Shown: positions 18,095-28,608 of the stretch, in pieces
Position numbering within the stretch: position 1 is the stretch's first letter
How the letters are laid out: the number at the start of each line of letters is the position of its first letter
Program-made: the position numbers and the translations under genes
Origin: a virus
Direction: 5' to 3' (one strand)
DNA length: 64,000 nucleotides
IMG/VR virus record: IMGVR_UViG_3300020419_001178
Location: 64,001 to 128,000 of that record
Notes under the pieces: generated by a model
Told to the model about the DNA's origin: nothing
The model's input: the letters and a program-made list of their open reading frames with translations, nothing else
Database searches by the model: none

Positions 18095-20844
18095 TATTGT
18101 ACCTGCATCACTCCTCCGCCATGTGCTATCGGTGTTGGCGGTGTTACGGAAGCTAACGGAGTCAACTCCCCTTTCTTAATACTTAACCAATAGCTTTGTC
18201 CTGATTCAATTCTTACTTGAGTTTTAGTCTTACCTTTATCTCTTCCTTCTTTTATTGTTGAATTGACATATCCAATAGCATTTAAAAATTGATTACCTAA
18301 TGAAGTAAAATTAGTAGTCGTCCAAGTAATGAATCCGGCCTTTTCTCCTTTTGTCAAATACGCTACTGCTAACTTACAAGCAACAGCTGGATCATTTGCC
18401 AATTCAGGATTGTTGTAAATGTCCACCCCTATCATTCCACCGTATGCTTTATAGTTGTCTGTGCCTGTCAATTGTATCAAACCTCTTCCTCGATATGTCC
18501 AACCATCGCCCGTTTCCGGACCACCGTTACCCATTCTATTTCCATATACCACACTTGCTATTTGAACAGGTTTTCTAGATAACTGTTGTGCTAATGCTGT
18601 TCCTCCTGGCTTTTTAAACATTTTAAATGTGTCAATTAATCCTTGAGCATTATAGTTCATGTTTTCACTCTTAGGTATAAAACTGCTTTCAGCAAATATA
18701 TTAGCACAGGCCATTGCTATGGCTTCGCCGGCTCCTCCAGGAGTAGCTCCACTATTAAGTGCTTTGGCTGGATCAAGTCCTAATCCTTTAATAAGTTCAC
18801 TTATAAAAAATCTTGTACTCTCTTCATAGTTGACAGGATCGTTTGGTTGTGTACCCTTGGTTCCATCATTATTATTTTGGAATATTTTTCCAGTATCTAT
18901 ACTTTCAGGTTCAGCATCTCCTGCCCTGAATACTCCTGATGTACTGTTTCGTTCTGGCATATCAGATTCTTTTGTTAATGGAGAATTTTGTGTTCGTACT
19001 TCAGGTGCTGGTGAATTTATACTGTCTGTTTCTCCTGGTGTATGAGCAGAAGGATTAAAACTTTCATGTGAGTTCCACGGCTCATGTTGCGGAGTTCTTC
19101 TTGGTAGTAATGCTATAGCGGCGTCTGATGCTCTTGAAGCATCTGCTGTAACCCTTAAAGGGCTTCCAGAAGAGTCATTTATAATAACTCCGTCTTTATC
19201 TAAAACTTGATCATCATCGTCAACTACTTGATTTGTAGCAGGTTTAGTAAATGTATCACCTATAGAGTCTGATGTATCTGAAGGATCTGGAACTTGTGCC
19301 GGACTGTTCATGTGTATTTGTAAAGCCTGCTCTCGGTGTACATCAACTGATAAAATTTGCGTTTTACCTCCAGCGTCTAATTTATTATCAGTAGCACTTT
19401 TAATTTGTGTATTAGCGCCACTTGTAAATTTATTATCGCCTACAGTATTTAAATTAAACGCCCCATTGACCGTCTGTCTGTAATCGCCAACAACCTTTGA
19501 ATGGAAGTTTTGATTAATTGCTATATGTCCATCTAATGTAACCTGTAGATTATAGTCGCCCGTAATTGTAGTCCTATGTGTTCCTTCTATTTGGACATCT
19601 TCATCAATACCAATTGCTTTTGCTCTATTACCACCAATTTTTAAATCTTGATCAATAGCAACATATTTTGTATCATTTTGTAAAATTCTCACATCATTGT
19701 TCTGTGCTACCTTAACTTTTTTATCACGCAAAGCTGTAAGGTTAAAATCTCTTCCAGCAAGTATATTGATATCTCTGTCAGCAGTAATGTTTAAGTCTGT
19801 TTCTGTTCTTATGTTTATACTATCACTTGCGTAGATATCAATTTTTCCATTAGAGGTCATTTCTAACCAAGCACTACCTGTTGCGTTTCCTATATAGATT
19901 ATGTCTTCAGAATTATGTAAAAGTATCTGATGGCCTGTTCTAGTTCTCAAACGCACATGGTCATTAAACGGTATAGTCTGATCACCCTTTGACACATTCT
20001 CTGGAATTGCTTCTATGTCATAGTATTTTGCTCCTGTATTTCCTGCTTGACCTGCTCTAATTATTGAAGGATCTCCGTCGTCCATAACAAAACTAGAACC
20101 ACCTAGTCTACTTCTAAAAAATTCAATAGACTGACCTTTTTCTCCGTAACTTCCTTTAGGTGCTCCGTCCCTCTTATCTAATGGTCCTGGAGTATTCCAA
20201 CCGTATACAGTATTAGGAGTATCTCGTCTAGCACTAGAAGTAGTTTGACCTCTAATTGGATCTTTTAACAAACCTTGTGTAGAAAGAGCTCCTGCGAATA
20301 ACGGATTATGGGGTCTTTTAAAACGATCAGGATCATAACCTTTATGTGTTTGTTTTTTATTATATTCGCCTGTAGGAAGTCTTCTACCTTTTAAATCATT
20401 TGTTAGGCCGTCCTGGTAAATTAAATCCGCAGACGACGTTGGATTACTCCCCGGAACCATGCTATTCATATATTGGTCTTGAACACATCCTATCCAAAAA
20501 CATTGATTAGGTTTGTTTTCAACAAACATAACCAAAACCTTAGTACCCGGATCAGGTGGTACTGCCCAGAAGCCATAACTTTGTTGTGTGCCAGCATATT
20601 GTTCATTACGTGTATTTGACTGTGCGTCATTTACTCCGTAAAAAGGCATACAATAATGTGCTGTAAATTGTTGTCCTGCGGGAAACTGTTCTTGCCCACT
20701 TGGATTAGCAAATGATAAAAGTTCAACTCTCAGTGATCCCATTCGGTGTGAATCAAGATGATTCACAACTCTTGCTAGAAAGGGCCCACTTGTAAAATTC
20801 TTTTCGGGTTTTGCTCCCTCACTTCTTTTTATTTCCCCTGCCAT
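18094..20844 (-). CDS. gp5: Central baseplate spike, gp5/VgrG-like: OB fold, beta-helix and C-terminal GH19 lysozyme/chitinase domain
   Basis: N-terminal GSLRV...YGFWAVPPDPGTKVLVMF (gp5 OB fold); LRTRTGHQILL and 8-residue VxG-type repeats; RxPxHEPWxxH; C-terminal AES...YGNRMGN..GDGWTYRGRGLIQLTG..NY (GH19). Confidence 0.85.
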   Translation of the reverse strand: MAGEIKRSEGAKPEKNFTSGPFLARVVNHLDSHRMGSLRVELLSFANPSGQEQFPAGQQFTAHYCMPFYGVNDAQSNTRNEQYAGTQQSYGFWAVPPDPGTKVLVMFVENKPNQCFWIGCVQDQYMNSMVPGSNPTSSADLIYQDGLTNDLKGRRLPTGEYNKKQTHKGYDPDRFKRPHNPLFAGALSTQGLLKDPIRGQTTSSARRDTPNTVYGWNTPGPLDKRDGAPKGSYGEKGQSIEFFRSRLGGSSFVMDDGDPSIIRAGQAGNTGAKYYDIEAIPENVSKGDQTIPFNDHVRLRTRTGHQILLHNSEDIIYIGNATGSAWLEMTSNGKIDIYASDSINIRTETDLNITADRDINILAGRDFNLTALRDKKVKVAQNNDVRILQNDTKYVAIDQDLKIGGNRAKAIGIDEDVQIEGTHRTTITGDYNLQVTLDGHIAINQNFHSKVVGDYRQTVNGAFNLNTVGDNKFTSGANTQIKSATDNKLDAGGKTQILSVDVHREQALQIHMNSPAQVPDPSDTSDSIGDTFTKPATNQVVDDDDQVLDKDGVIINDSSGSPLRVTADASRASDAAIALLPRRTPQHEPWNSHESFNPSAHTPGETDSINSPAPEVRTQNSPLTKESDMPERNSTSGVFRAGDAEPESIDTGKIFQNNNDGTKGTQPNDPVNYEESTRFFISELIKGLGLDPAKALNSGATPGGAGEAIAMACANIFAESSFIPKSENMNYNAQGLIDTFKMFKKPGGTALAQQLSRKPVQIASVVYGNRMGNGGPETGDGWTYRGRGLIQLTGTDNYKAYGGMIGVDIYNNPELANDPAVACKLAVAYLTKGEKAGFITWTTTNFTSLGNQFLNAIGYVNSTIKEGRDKGKTKTQVRIESGQSYWLSIKKGELTPLASVTPPTPIAHGGGVMQVQ

Positions 20845-23636
20845 TACAATCCGCCTCGTATTCTACCAGCTTGATCAACATCATCTAATTTTTTCTTTAC
20901 TGCGTAATCTGCCTTACGCATTTCAAATTGGGCAAGATCAGCTTTTGTATTTTGTAGATACTTTTCATAAGCCTGCGTTTCTGTACCAGCATTCAATTTA
21001 CCATCTTCGTTAAAATCAGCTAATGCTCTTGCTAATTCATCAGCATTTCCTGACGCTATGGCAGTATCAATTCTGGCTTGTCTTGCGTCTCTTTGGTTGA
21101 ATATTTGCTCTTTTATTTTCTCAGCATTGTCGTATGATTCTTTAGCATATTGATTAAGTCTTCTTACAAGAGTCAATTCGTTGGTATATGTATTTCCTCT
21201 GAAACTGTTAGTGACAGTAATCACTTTGTATAAACCACTAAATTGAGCAACATCCTCTAATCCTTTTGCTGTTGGACTACCTTCACCTATGTCAACTGGT
21301 GTCTTAAAGTTAATTATTATATCAACCTCTCCGTTTTGGTGATTCATGGTTCCGTCAGCATTTATGTTTATAAAAGGTGTGGGTGCTGAAAAATAGTTTC
21401 CTAGTCCGCTGTCCGACATGAAATACAGATCTCCAAGGATAGTCAAATCCGCTGATATAAGATCAGCAGGACTGTTTATTAAAGAATCTTGGAAAGCTCT
21501 AGCTACTCTCACAGAAGGTGTCTCAGCTACAGCACCATTTGTCTGTTCATCTTGTTGGGTTTCATTTAATGAAGCAACGATATCTGCTGTTTTTAAAATA
21601 TTATTGTTTCTTGTTCCTGATGCCGCTTTCATATCTGTAGCTGGGTCTTGGTTGTCACGACCACTACTGGATAAATCATTGCTTGTGGAACTATTCATAA
21701 AATCTTTAGCAATAGCTGTAAAAAATGCTGTTCGGAAATTAATATCAAAGCTAAGAACATCCGTATTTTTTCCAGTATAGATATAATTGTAATGTTTTAC
21801 TGCTTGTTGTTTAAGAAATCCATAACCTACAGGAGGATCATTTGGCATCATGAATACTGAACAATGTACCTTAGCTGGCACTACGTTGTATACAAAAATT
21901 TTAGGAAACTTATTAAACTTTCCTTTATTTACAGGAGCATCAAGCACATAGGTTTGTACTTCAATTCTAAACCAATCAACGAATCCTGTATTTGAGTCAG
22001 TTACCAGTTGTCCTTTCTTTAAAAGTCCTTTTCCCCAATCACTAATTAAAACCAATTCTTCTATAATTCTTTGAATTTTTGTGCCTTGTTTAAATTGAAT
22101 ATTTTTACTGGTTGGATTAATTGTTGTTCCGTTCCTATGAACTACTTTAGCCTTTGGATCGTAAACAAAATTTGGATATCCAAAATTACTTGAGCCAGGA
22201 TCTAAACTTCCATCTGTAAACATTTGTGTAGAACCAATTTTATTAGTAAAATTACTAGCAGTGAATTCGTTTTTAATTTTTTCACTTAGATTGTTTCTTT
22301 TAATACTGTATCCTAGTTTATTATCAACAAAAGTTTTTACCTGACTTTCTATCGAACCTCCAAATTGAGGTCTTGGATCTATAAAGTCTACACCAACAGC
22401 AGATCCTAGCACTTCCTCTTGATCATATTCTCTTTTATCTTTTGTAAAATCACCAAATAATGCTGTGTTGTCTACATCAGCAAGTGTATCTTTCATTATA
22501 TTCTGTGCCATGTCTGTAGGAAATAAGATTATTATTTCATCCGGCTCATGTGGTTGTTTTCCTTTTGTAGCTGTTGTAAGTTTGCTACTATTCACTGCGG
22601 TAGCTAAACTATTCACTCCTGTTTGTAAAATTTCCTGTATTGTTCTACCACTTATAGATACGTTATCAGGTATGCTTTGATTTTGGTCTGTCAACGCATT
22701 TTCATTGAACGGGGTTGCTTTTACTGTATATCTAGATCCTCCGCCGTTAACGTCAAATTCAACACTGAAAATCTTGACACACATTTGTCGTTTAGGTTCT
22801 CTAGCAGGGAAAAGTTTATGTAAGTCTCCCTCGACGTCTTTGTATCCTACAACATCTAATTGAAGTAGATATGGGCATTCTAGATAATTAGAATATCCAG
22901 CTTTCATCGCACATAATTGTAAATGTTGTAAAAACTGTCCCATACTATAAGGTTCAGTGACTTCAAATTCTATAGCAAAAGCCGTGGTCACTCTAGTTTT
23001 TTTGTTAGGAGCAACTACAGATTTAATGGAAACATTATCTATATAATATTCTGTGTTAGGTATTTTTTGTTTCTTTTCTAGCTCAGTCATAGGTCTAGCA
23101 GGCATTGGGCCTGCCGCTGAAACTGATCCCGGAAAGCCACCCATCTTAATTACAGTCTGCTGAGCCTTTGGACCTTTCAATCTATAAGTCTTATGGGGGA
23201 AATTACACTCATCGTTACTTAAAGCGGCTAATGTCCAAAGATAATTCTTGCTGGCATACGCATCTAAGCTGTTTGGTTTTCTTGCTGATCCAAAATGGAA
23301 ATTCCTAAAAGTATCCATTGTGTCTTGACTAATAGCTGATCTTTCGGCGGCCATTTCTTCTTCTTCAGATATTTCACCTAAATCCGTGCTATATCCATTA
23401 GCTACAAATTTAGGAGCATTAGGATCAGCATCTCCTACTGTAGCAGATTCTGATTTTGCTCCTGAAGTATCTTTCTTAATATTATTATTGTCAGGTTTTA
23501 CTTTATTTTCTTTTTTTCTTTCAGCTACTTCAAGGTCTTCATCGGTTTGTTCGCCTACAAGTTTTTCACCTTCGGGTGTAAAAAACTTTTTTTTACCTAC
23601 TACTATATCAGCGTAGGTATAAGGTTGTTCAGCCAT
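20844..23636 (-). CDS. Baseplate hub protein (gp27-like/late control D-like)
   Basis: Located between gp53 and gp5; FEVTEPYS, LTILGD.YF and FSGLYKVITVTNSFRGNTYTNELTLVR motifs typical of hub proteins. Confidence 0.65.
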   Translation of the reverse strand: MAEQPYTYADIVVGKKKFFTPEGEKLVGEQTDEDLEVAERKKENKVKPDNNNIKKDTSGAKSESATVGDADPNAPKFVANGYSTDLGEISEEEEMAAERSAISQDTMDTFRNFHFGSARKPNSLDAYASKNYLWTLAALSNDECNFPHKTYRLKGPKAQQTVIKMGGFPGSVSAAGPMPARPMTELEKKQKIPNTEYYIDNVSIKSVVAPNKKTRVTTAFAIEFEVTEPYSMGQFLQHLQLCAMKAGYSNYLECPYLLQLDVVGYKDVEGDLHKLFPAREPKRQMCVKIFSVEFDVNGGGSRYTVKATPFNENALTDQNQSIPDNVSISGRTIQEILQTGVNSLATAVNSSKLTTATKGKQPHEPDEIIILFPTDMAQNIMKDTLADVDNTALFGDFTKDKREYDQEEVLGSAVGVDFIDPRPQFGGSIESQVKTFVDNKLGYSIKRNNLSEKIKNEFTASNFTNKIGSTQMFTDGSLDPGSSNFGYPNFVYDPKAKVVHRNGTTINPTSKNIQFKQGTKIQRIIEELVLISDWGKGLLKKGQLVTDSNTGFVDWFRIEVQTYVLDAPVNKGKFNKFPKIFVYNVVPAKVHCSVFMMPNDPPVGYGFLKQQAVKHYNYIYTGKNTDVLSFDINFRTAFFTAIAKDFMNSSTSNDLSSSGRDNQDPATDMKAASGTRNNNILKTADIVASLNETQQDEQTNGAVAETPSVRVARAFQDSLINSPADLISADLTILGDLYFMSDSGLGNYFSAPTPFININADGTMNHQNGEVDIIINFKTPVDIGEGSPTAKGLEDVAQFSGLYKVITVTNSFRGNTYTNELTLVRRLNQYAKESYDNAEKIKEQIFNQRDARQARIDTAIASGNADELARALADFNEDGKLNAGTETQAYEKYLQNTKADLAQFEMRKADYAVKKKLDDVDQAGRIRGGL

Positions 23637-23639
23637 GTA

Positions 23640-23924
23640 TTACTCCAATGCGTCACGAACCCTAGTAGGGTTTGGTAAAAAGATAGAAGTACCTGTAGTG
23701 ATATCATATACAAAATCTTCTATTACATCTAAATTTCTTTGACCAAATATCCACCATAGATCCTTATTACCATAATAATCATATGCTAGTAAATCGGGTC
23801 TATGATTGTACTGTGGTTCTATTGTATACAATTTGTCATCAGTGAAAGAAGGAATAGGTCGTATTGTCAAAAGATCTAACGTTCCGTTTCCTTTTAAATC
23901 TGTATTTTTATATGGACTACTCAT
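23640..23924 (-). CDS. gp53: Baseplate wedge protein, gp53-like (LysM-like)
   Basis: YTI....HRPDLLAYDYYG..DLWWIF..RN motif. Confidence 0.8.
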   Translation of the reverse strand: MSSPYKNTDLKGNGTLDLLTIRPIPSFTDDKLYTIEPQYNHRPDLLAYDYYGNKDLWWIFGQRNLDVIEDFVYDITTGTSIFLPNPTRVRDALE

Positions 23925-24859
23925 TAAATGTATCCTTTGCCTATATTATCTCCATTAACAAAGTCACTGTAACTAAATTTAGATACTTTAGCTCTGCTGT
24001 AGATCGGTTGTACTGTTACTGTAAATTGTGATTCCGCAGGTGCCCACGCAACTGACATTCTATCAGCTTGAGATTTTATAGAACCTCCAAAGTCTGAAAA
24101 ATCAATAGGATCAAAACCTGTGGCTATGTAATCAACTTCATTAGGCATGTCAACAGTAAAGTTAACAATTACACAAGGTACGTTGTTAAAAACATAATCA
24201 CCGTAACCATTTAAATTAATTACGGGAGGTGGATTACCTCTTCCGGTGTCGTCAACGCCATGTTGCATTTTTGTTACTGTTCTTAAATAATGTAAACATC
24301 CTATCCAATATTTTGCTTCAAGACCATTTTGATTATAAAACTGTCCTGTAATAACTAGTTGATCCACTTGTGAATTCTGATACGCAAAGAACGGATAATT
24401 ATTATGTATAGGAGCCACTTGGTTATAATTTGCTGAGTGACTTAATATAATAGTAGGAGTATAAGGAAACATCATTCCTCCTGTGTTAACCAAAGGCGAA
24501 ATAATCGGTGAATTTTCAAAATTTGTTGGCAAGCTCAATTTGACTCTCCAATCTCTATCTTCGACTGTAGACTGTCCCCAATATGCTTGTGACTTGGTAG
24601 TTCCTAGTTCAGAATCTCCACCTTTCAAACCTTTGGATCGCATGTTGCTTGCAAAGTTTTCAGCACCACCTGAAACACCATCATATATATCTTGTGCGGT
24701 ATTTTTCATTCCTTGGTACATTGGTGATTCTGTCAACCAACTTGGAGCATTGCCTCCCGCTGTGTTTTGTCCTTCACTAGCAAAAGCTGTTTTAGATTTA
24801 TCTACTGCTTGGCTTACGCCGTTTTTGCTAATTACGCCGTTTTTGAAATATGATGTCAT
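23924..24859 (-). CDS. Tail tube initiator/baseplate tube cap-like protein (gp48/gp54-like)
   Basis: FPYTP.I, GNPPPVI.LNGYG...FNNVPCVI.NFTVDMP motifs; first gene of the baseplate operon; AAGGAG SD. Confidence 0.6.
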   Translation of the reverse strand: MTSYFKNGVISKNGVSQAVDKSKTAFASEGQNTAGGNAPSWLTESPMYQGMKNTAQDIYDGVSGGAENFASNMRSKGLKGGDSELGTTKSQAYWGQSTVEDRDWRVKLSLPTNFENSPIISPLVNTGGMMFPYTPTIILSHSANYNQVAPIHNNYPFFAYQNSQVDQLVITGQFYNQNGLEAKYWIGCLHYLRTVTKMQHGVDDTGRGNPPPVINLNGYGDYVFNNVPCVIVNFTVDMPNEVDYIATGFDPIDFSDFGGSIKSQADRMSVAWAPAESQFTVTVQPIYSRAKVSKFSYSDFVNGDNIGKGYI

Positions 24860-24878
24860 TTGGTAAACTCCTTACTAT

Positions 24879-24886
24879 TATTTAGT
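24879..24886 (-). promoter_or_regulatory. Late promoter motif ACTAAATA for the baseplate operon
   Basis: About 20 nt upstream of the ATG at 24859; abuts the -35 of the divergent sigma70 promoter. Confidence 0.6.
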
Positions 24887-24914
24887 TGACAAAATTAACA
24901 GAGTATATTATAAT
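24886..24914 (+). promoter_or_regulatory. Consensus sigma70 promoter for gp55
   Basis: TTGACA (24886-24891), 17 nt, TATAAT (24909-24914). Confidence 0.9.
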
Positions 24915-24937
24915 GTGGTATAAACCTTGGAGAAAAG

Positions 24938-25777
24938 ATGAAAAGAATCAATTATTTAAACAACAAAGACATACTATCAGAGATACACAAGTCTAAGTCG
25001 TCGTTTTGTAGCTTTACAGACAATGATTTTGCTGACTTTGATATAATCTTACCTAGTATAGCTAAAATAAATGTCCGAACAGTGGCAGAAGCAAAAAGGA
25101 ACAAGGCAAAAAAATTACAGCAAAGAGCATTCGAAAAGGCAAAAGAAAGTGGAAAGAGAGTTAAATTAGCAGAATTTGCTATTGATTACAGAAAAATTGA
25201 GAAAACAGACGTAATATTTAGAATTATGATGTATGATCATATTCCTGAGGAACCTGGCAGGAAAAAGAATCCAAAGACTATAGCAGACACAAAAACAAAA
25301 GTAAATTTTCCTCCATTCCAACACTTTAAATACAATGACCAAGGTGATCTAATTATTGTAGGGAAAAGTCATTGGGAAGGCGGTATGGAAAATGGTAATT
25401 TTACCAAAGAAGGCGGTAAGGTAACAAACAAACTGGCTTTAATGTGGATGAAACTTTGTGATAGATATGCTACTAGAGGTAATGTTAGAGGCTACACATA
25501 TAATGACGAAATGCGTGGACAAGCTATATTACAGTTATCACAAATTGGATTACAGTTTGACGAGTCAAAATCTAATAATCCGTTTGCTTATTATACTGCG
25601 GCAGTAACCAATTCATTTGTAAGAGTAATTAACATAGAAAAACGTAATCAAAACATACGTGATGATATTTTAGAAATGAATCACATGAACCCTAGTTACA
25701 CAAGACAAGCTAAAGGTGAATGGGAAAGACAACAGCGTGATCATGTGGCTAGCCAAAAAACCACAAAAAGTGATTGA
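24938..25777 (+). CDS. gp55: Late-transcription sigma factor, gp55-like, with a large internal insertion
   Basis: NYLNNKDIL at the N-terminus; RGYTYNDEM...AILQL....LQFDESKSNNPFAYYT....NSF.R.I..EK motif; upstream of gp47/gp46 as in T4-like phages. Confidence 0.85.
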   Translation: MKRINYLNNKDILSEIHKSKSSFCSFTDNDFADFDIILPSIAKINVRTVAEAKRNKAKKLQQRAFEKAKESGKRVKLAEFAIDYRKIEKTDVIFRIMMYDHIPEEPGRKKNPKTIADTKTKVNFPPFQHFKYNDQGDLIIVGKSHWEGGMENGNFTKEGGKVTNKLALMWMKLCDRYATRGNVRGYTYNDEMRGQAILQLSQIGLQFDESKSNNPFAYYTAAVTNSFVRVINIEKRNQNIRDDILEMNHMNPSYTRQAKGEWERQQRDHVASQKTTKSD

Positions 25778-25802
25778 CAAACTGTAGATTTTCTATTATA
25801 AT
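25774..25802 (+). promoter_or_regulatory. Consensus sigma70 promoter for gp47/gp46
   Basis: TTGACA (25774-25779), 17 nt, TATAAT (25797-25802). Confidence 0.9.
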
Positions 25803-25822
25803 ACTAGAGGAAGGATTGTAAT

Positions 25823-26833
25823 TTGTTTAAAAAAGCGGCTGTCTTTACTGATATCCACCTTGGATTAAAGTCTAACAGTAAAGTACACTTACAAGATTGC
25901 GAAGAGTTCGTAGATTGGTTTATTGAACAGGCAAAAGCCAACGGTTGTGAAACCGGAATCTTCTGCGGTGACTGGCATCATAATCGAAATACTATCAACG
26001 TACAAACATTAGACACAACAACAAGATGTTTAGAAAAATTAGGTGCGGCATTTGAAAAGTTTTATTTCTTTGCTGGTAACCACGACTTATACTACAAAGA
26101 TAAACGTGATGTGTATAGTGTTGAATTTGGTAAGCATATCCCTGGTATCACTTATGTTGACGATATACTAGTTGAAGATGATGTAGCACTAATTCCTTGG
26201 TTGGTTGGAGAGGAATGGAAAAAGATTTCTAGTATAAAGACAAAGTATATGTTTGGTCATTTTGAACTTCCAAACTTTTACATGAATGCTATGGTACAGA
26301 TGCCTGACACTGGTGAACTTAAAGCTGAACATTTTAAACATCAAGAATATGTTTTTTCAGGACACTTTCATAAAAGACAGATTCAAGGAAGAATACATTA
26401 CTTAGGAAATGCTTTTCCACACAACTACGCAGACGCATGGGACGACAAGCGTGGTATGATGATACTTGACAAAGAAAATAACAAAGAACCACATTACATT
26501 GACTGGGACGATTGTCCAAAATATAGAACAGTTAAACTTTCACAACTGTTGGACGAAAAAGACAAATTATTAAAAAGTAAAATGTACTTAAGAGTAACAC
26601 TTGACTTACCTATTTCATACGAAGAAGCAAGTTTTATTAAAGAAACATTTGTAAACGATTATGACTGTAGAGAAATAACACTTATTCCAAGTCAAAAAGA
26701 TGAAGAAATTCATACAGATATAGATATCAGTACCTTTGAAAGTGTAGATCAAATTGTTACTAAAGAGATTACTGCTATTGATACTGAACAGTACGATAAA
26801 AATACATTGTTAAGGATATATGACGAACTATGA
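25823..26833 (+). CDS. gp47: Recombination endonuclease subunit (Mre11/SbcD-like); TTG start
   Basis: Metallophosphoesterase motifs DIH, GDWHH, GNHD and GHFH. Confidence 0.93.
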   Translation: MFKKAAVFTDIHLGLKSNSKVHLQDCEEFVDWFIEQAKANGCETGIFCGDWHHNRNTINVQTLDTTTRCLEKLGAAFEKFYFFAGNHDLYYKDKRDVYSVEFGKHIPGITYVDDILVEDDVALIPWLVGEEWKKISSIKTKYMFGHFELPNFYMNAMVQMPDTGELKAEHFKHQEYVFSGHFHKRQIQGRIHYLGNAFPHNYADAWDDKRGMMILDKENNKEPHYIDWDDCPKYRTVKLSQLLDEKDKLLKSKMYLRVTLDLPISYEEASFIKETFVNDYDCREITLIPSQKDEEIHTDIDISTFESVDQIVTKEITAIDTEQYDKNTLLRIYDEL

Positions 26834-28608
26834 TTAAGATAAAAAGCCTTACAGTAAAAAACTTTATGAGTGTGGGTAATCAAACCCAAGCAGTTGACTT
26901 TGATAAACAACAATTAACACTAGTTCTAGGAGAGAATCTTGATCAGGGTGGTGATGACATGGGATCAAGGAACGGCACTGGTAAGACAACTATTATAAAT
27001 GCCTTAAGCTATGCTCTATACGGACTAGCACTCACTAATATAAGAAGAAACAATCTAATCAATAAGACTAATAATAAAGGAATGTTGGTTACATTAACTT
27101 TTGAGAAAGATGGCACTAGCTATAAAGTAGAAAGAGGACGTGGTCCTAACTTATTGAAGTTTTTTATCAATGACCAAGAACAAGAATTAGTAGATGAAAG
27201 CCAAGGTGACAGTAGAAAAACACAAGAAACAATAAATGAATTGTTAGGCATGAGTCATAATATGTTTAAGCACATACTTGCTTTAAACACATATACAGAG
27301 CCTTTTTTAAGTATGAAGGTAAATGATCAAAAAGATATAATTGAACAACTTCTTGGTATTACTATTCTATCTGAAAAAGCAGAAACACTGAAAGAGAAAA
27401 TAAAACAAACAAGAGATTCGATTACTGAAGAAAACGCAAATATAAATGCTAGACAACAAAGCAATGACAGAATAAAAGAAACCATCGACAGTCTTAAAAT
27501 AAAACAAAGTGCCTGGGAGAGTAATAAAAAGACAAATCTTAAAAAACTTGAAAAAGGTATATCTGAATTAGAACATCTTGATGTAGATAGCGAACTTGAT
27601 AAACATGAAAAATTACAATCGTGGGAAGAATTAAATACAAAAATTACTACATTGAGAAAAGAAACAGCAACTCTTGATTCGACACTCTTAAGGGCAAATA
27701 AGTCTGTAGACAAAGTTAAAAAGGATATAGAAGAACTTGACAATGCTGTTTGTTATGCGTGTGGTCAGGAGCTACAGGAAGATAAAGTCAAAGAGATTGA
27801 AAACAAAAAAGCCAAAGAGCTTGAAGATGCTGAGACATATCAAAAAGAAATAAATGATAAACTAATTGAAGTTAATACAGAGTTGACAAATATCGGAGAT
27901 ATAAACGGTAGGCCGGATACGTTTTATGAAACGATAAAAGAAGTATATGATCACAAACAAAATGTAGCACAATTAAAACAGGCATTAGAAAATAGTAATA
28001 ACGAAACTGATCCTTATCAGGAACAAATAGAAGATCTAACTAAAACTGGAATCCAAGAAGTTGATTGGACTACAATCAACGCACTCAATGATCTAAAAGA
28101 ACATCAAGAGTTCTTACTAAAACTGTTAACAAACAAAGATAGTTTTATACGTAAAAAGATCATAGATCAAAACTTGGCATACTTGAACAACAGGCTCACT
28201 CATTATCTTGATAAGCTAGGACTTCCACATCAGGTTGTATTTCAAAATGACTTGAATGTTGAAATTACACAGCTTGGACAAGATCTTGATTTCGACAATC
28301 TTTCCAGAGGCGAGCGTAATAGATTAATACTTGGTATGAGTTTTGCTTTCAGAGATGTCTGGGAGAGCTTGTATCAAAATATTAACCTACTGTTCATCGA
28401 CGAGCTTGTTGATTCAGGTATGGATACTAGTGGTGTAGAGAATAGTTTAGCAATACTTAAAAAGATGGGTAGAGAACGTCATAAAAACGTTTATCTAATA
28501 TCGCACAAAGACGAACTTGTTGGTAGAGTTACACACGTATTAAAAGTAATTAAGGAAAACGGCTTTACATCATATGAAAATGACGTGGAAATATTTAATG
28601 AAAGATGA
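26830..28608 (+). CDS. gp46: Recombination ATPase subunit (Rad50/SbcC-like)
   Basis: Walker A NGTGKTT, CYAC zinc hook, LSRGE signature, Walker B LLFIDE, ISH. Confidence 0.93.
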   Translation: MIKIKSLTVKNFMSVGNQTQAVDFDKQQLTLVLGENLDQGGDDMGSRNGTGKTTIINALSYALYGLALTNIRRNNLINKTNNKGMLVTLTFEKDGTSYKVERGRGPNLLKFFINDQEQELVDESQGDSRKTQETINELLGMSHNMFKHILALNTYTEPFLSMKVNDQKDIIEQLLGITILSEKAETLKEKIKQTRDSITEENANINARQQSNDRIKETIDSLKIKQSAWESNKKTNLKKLEKGISELEHLDVDSELDKHEKLQSWEELNTKITTLRKETATLDSTLLRANKSVDKVKKDIEELDNAVCYACGQELQEDKVKEIENKKAKELEDAETYQKEINDKLIEVNTELTNIGDINGRPDTFYETIKEVYDHKQNVAQLKQALENSNNETDPYQEQIEDLTKTGIQEVDWTTINALNDLKEHQEFLLKLLTNKDSFIRKKIIDQNLAYLNNRLTHYLDKLGLPHQVVFQNDLNVEITQLGQDLDFDNLSRGERNRLILGMSFAFRDVWESLYQNINLLFIDELVDSGMDTSGVENSLAILKKMGRERHKNVYLISHKDELVGRVTHVLKVIKENGFTSYENDVEIFNER

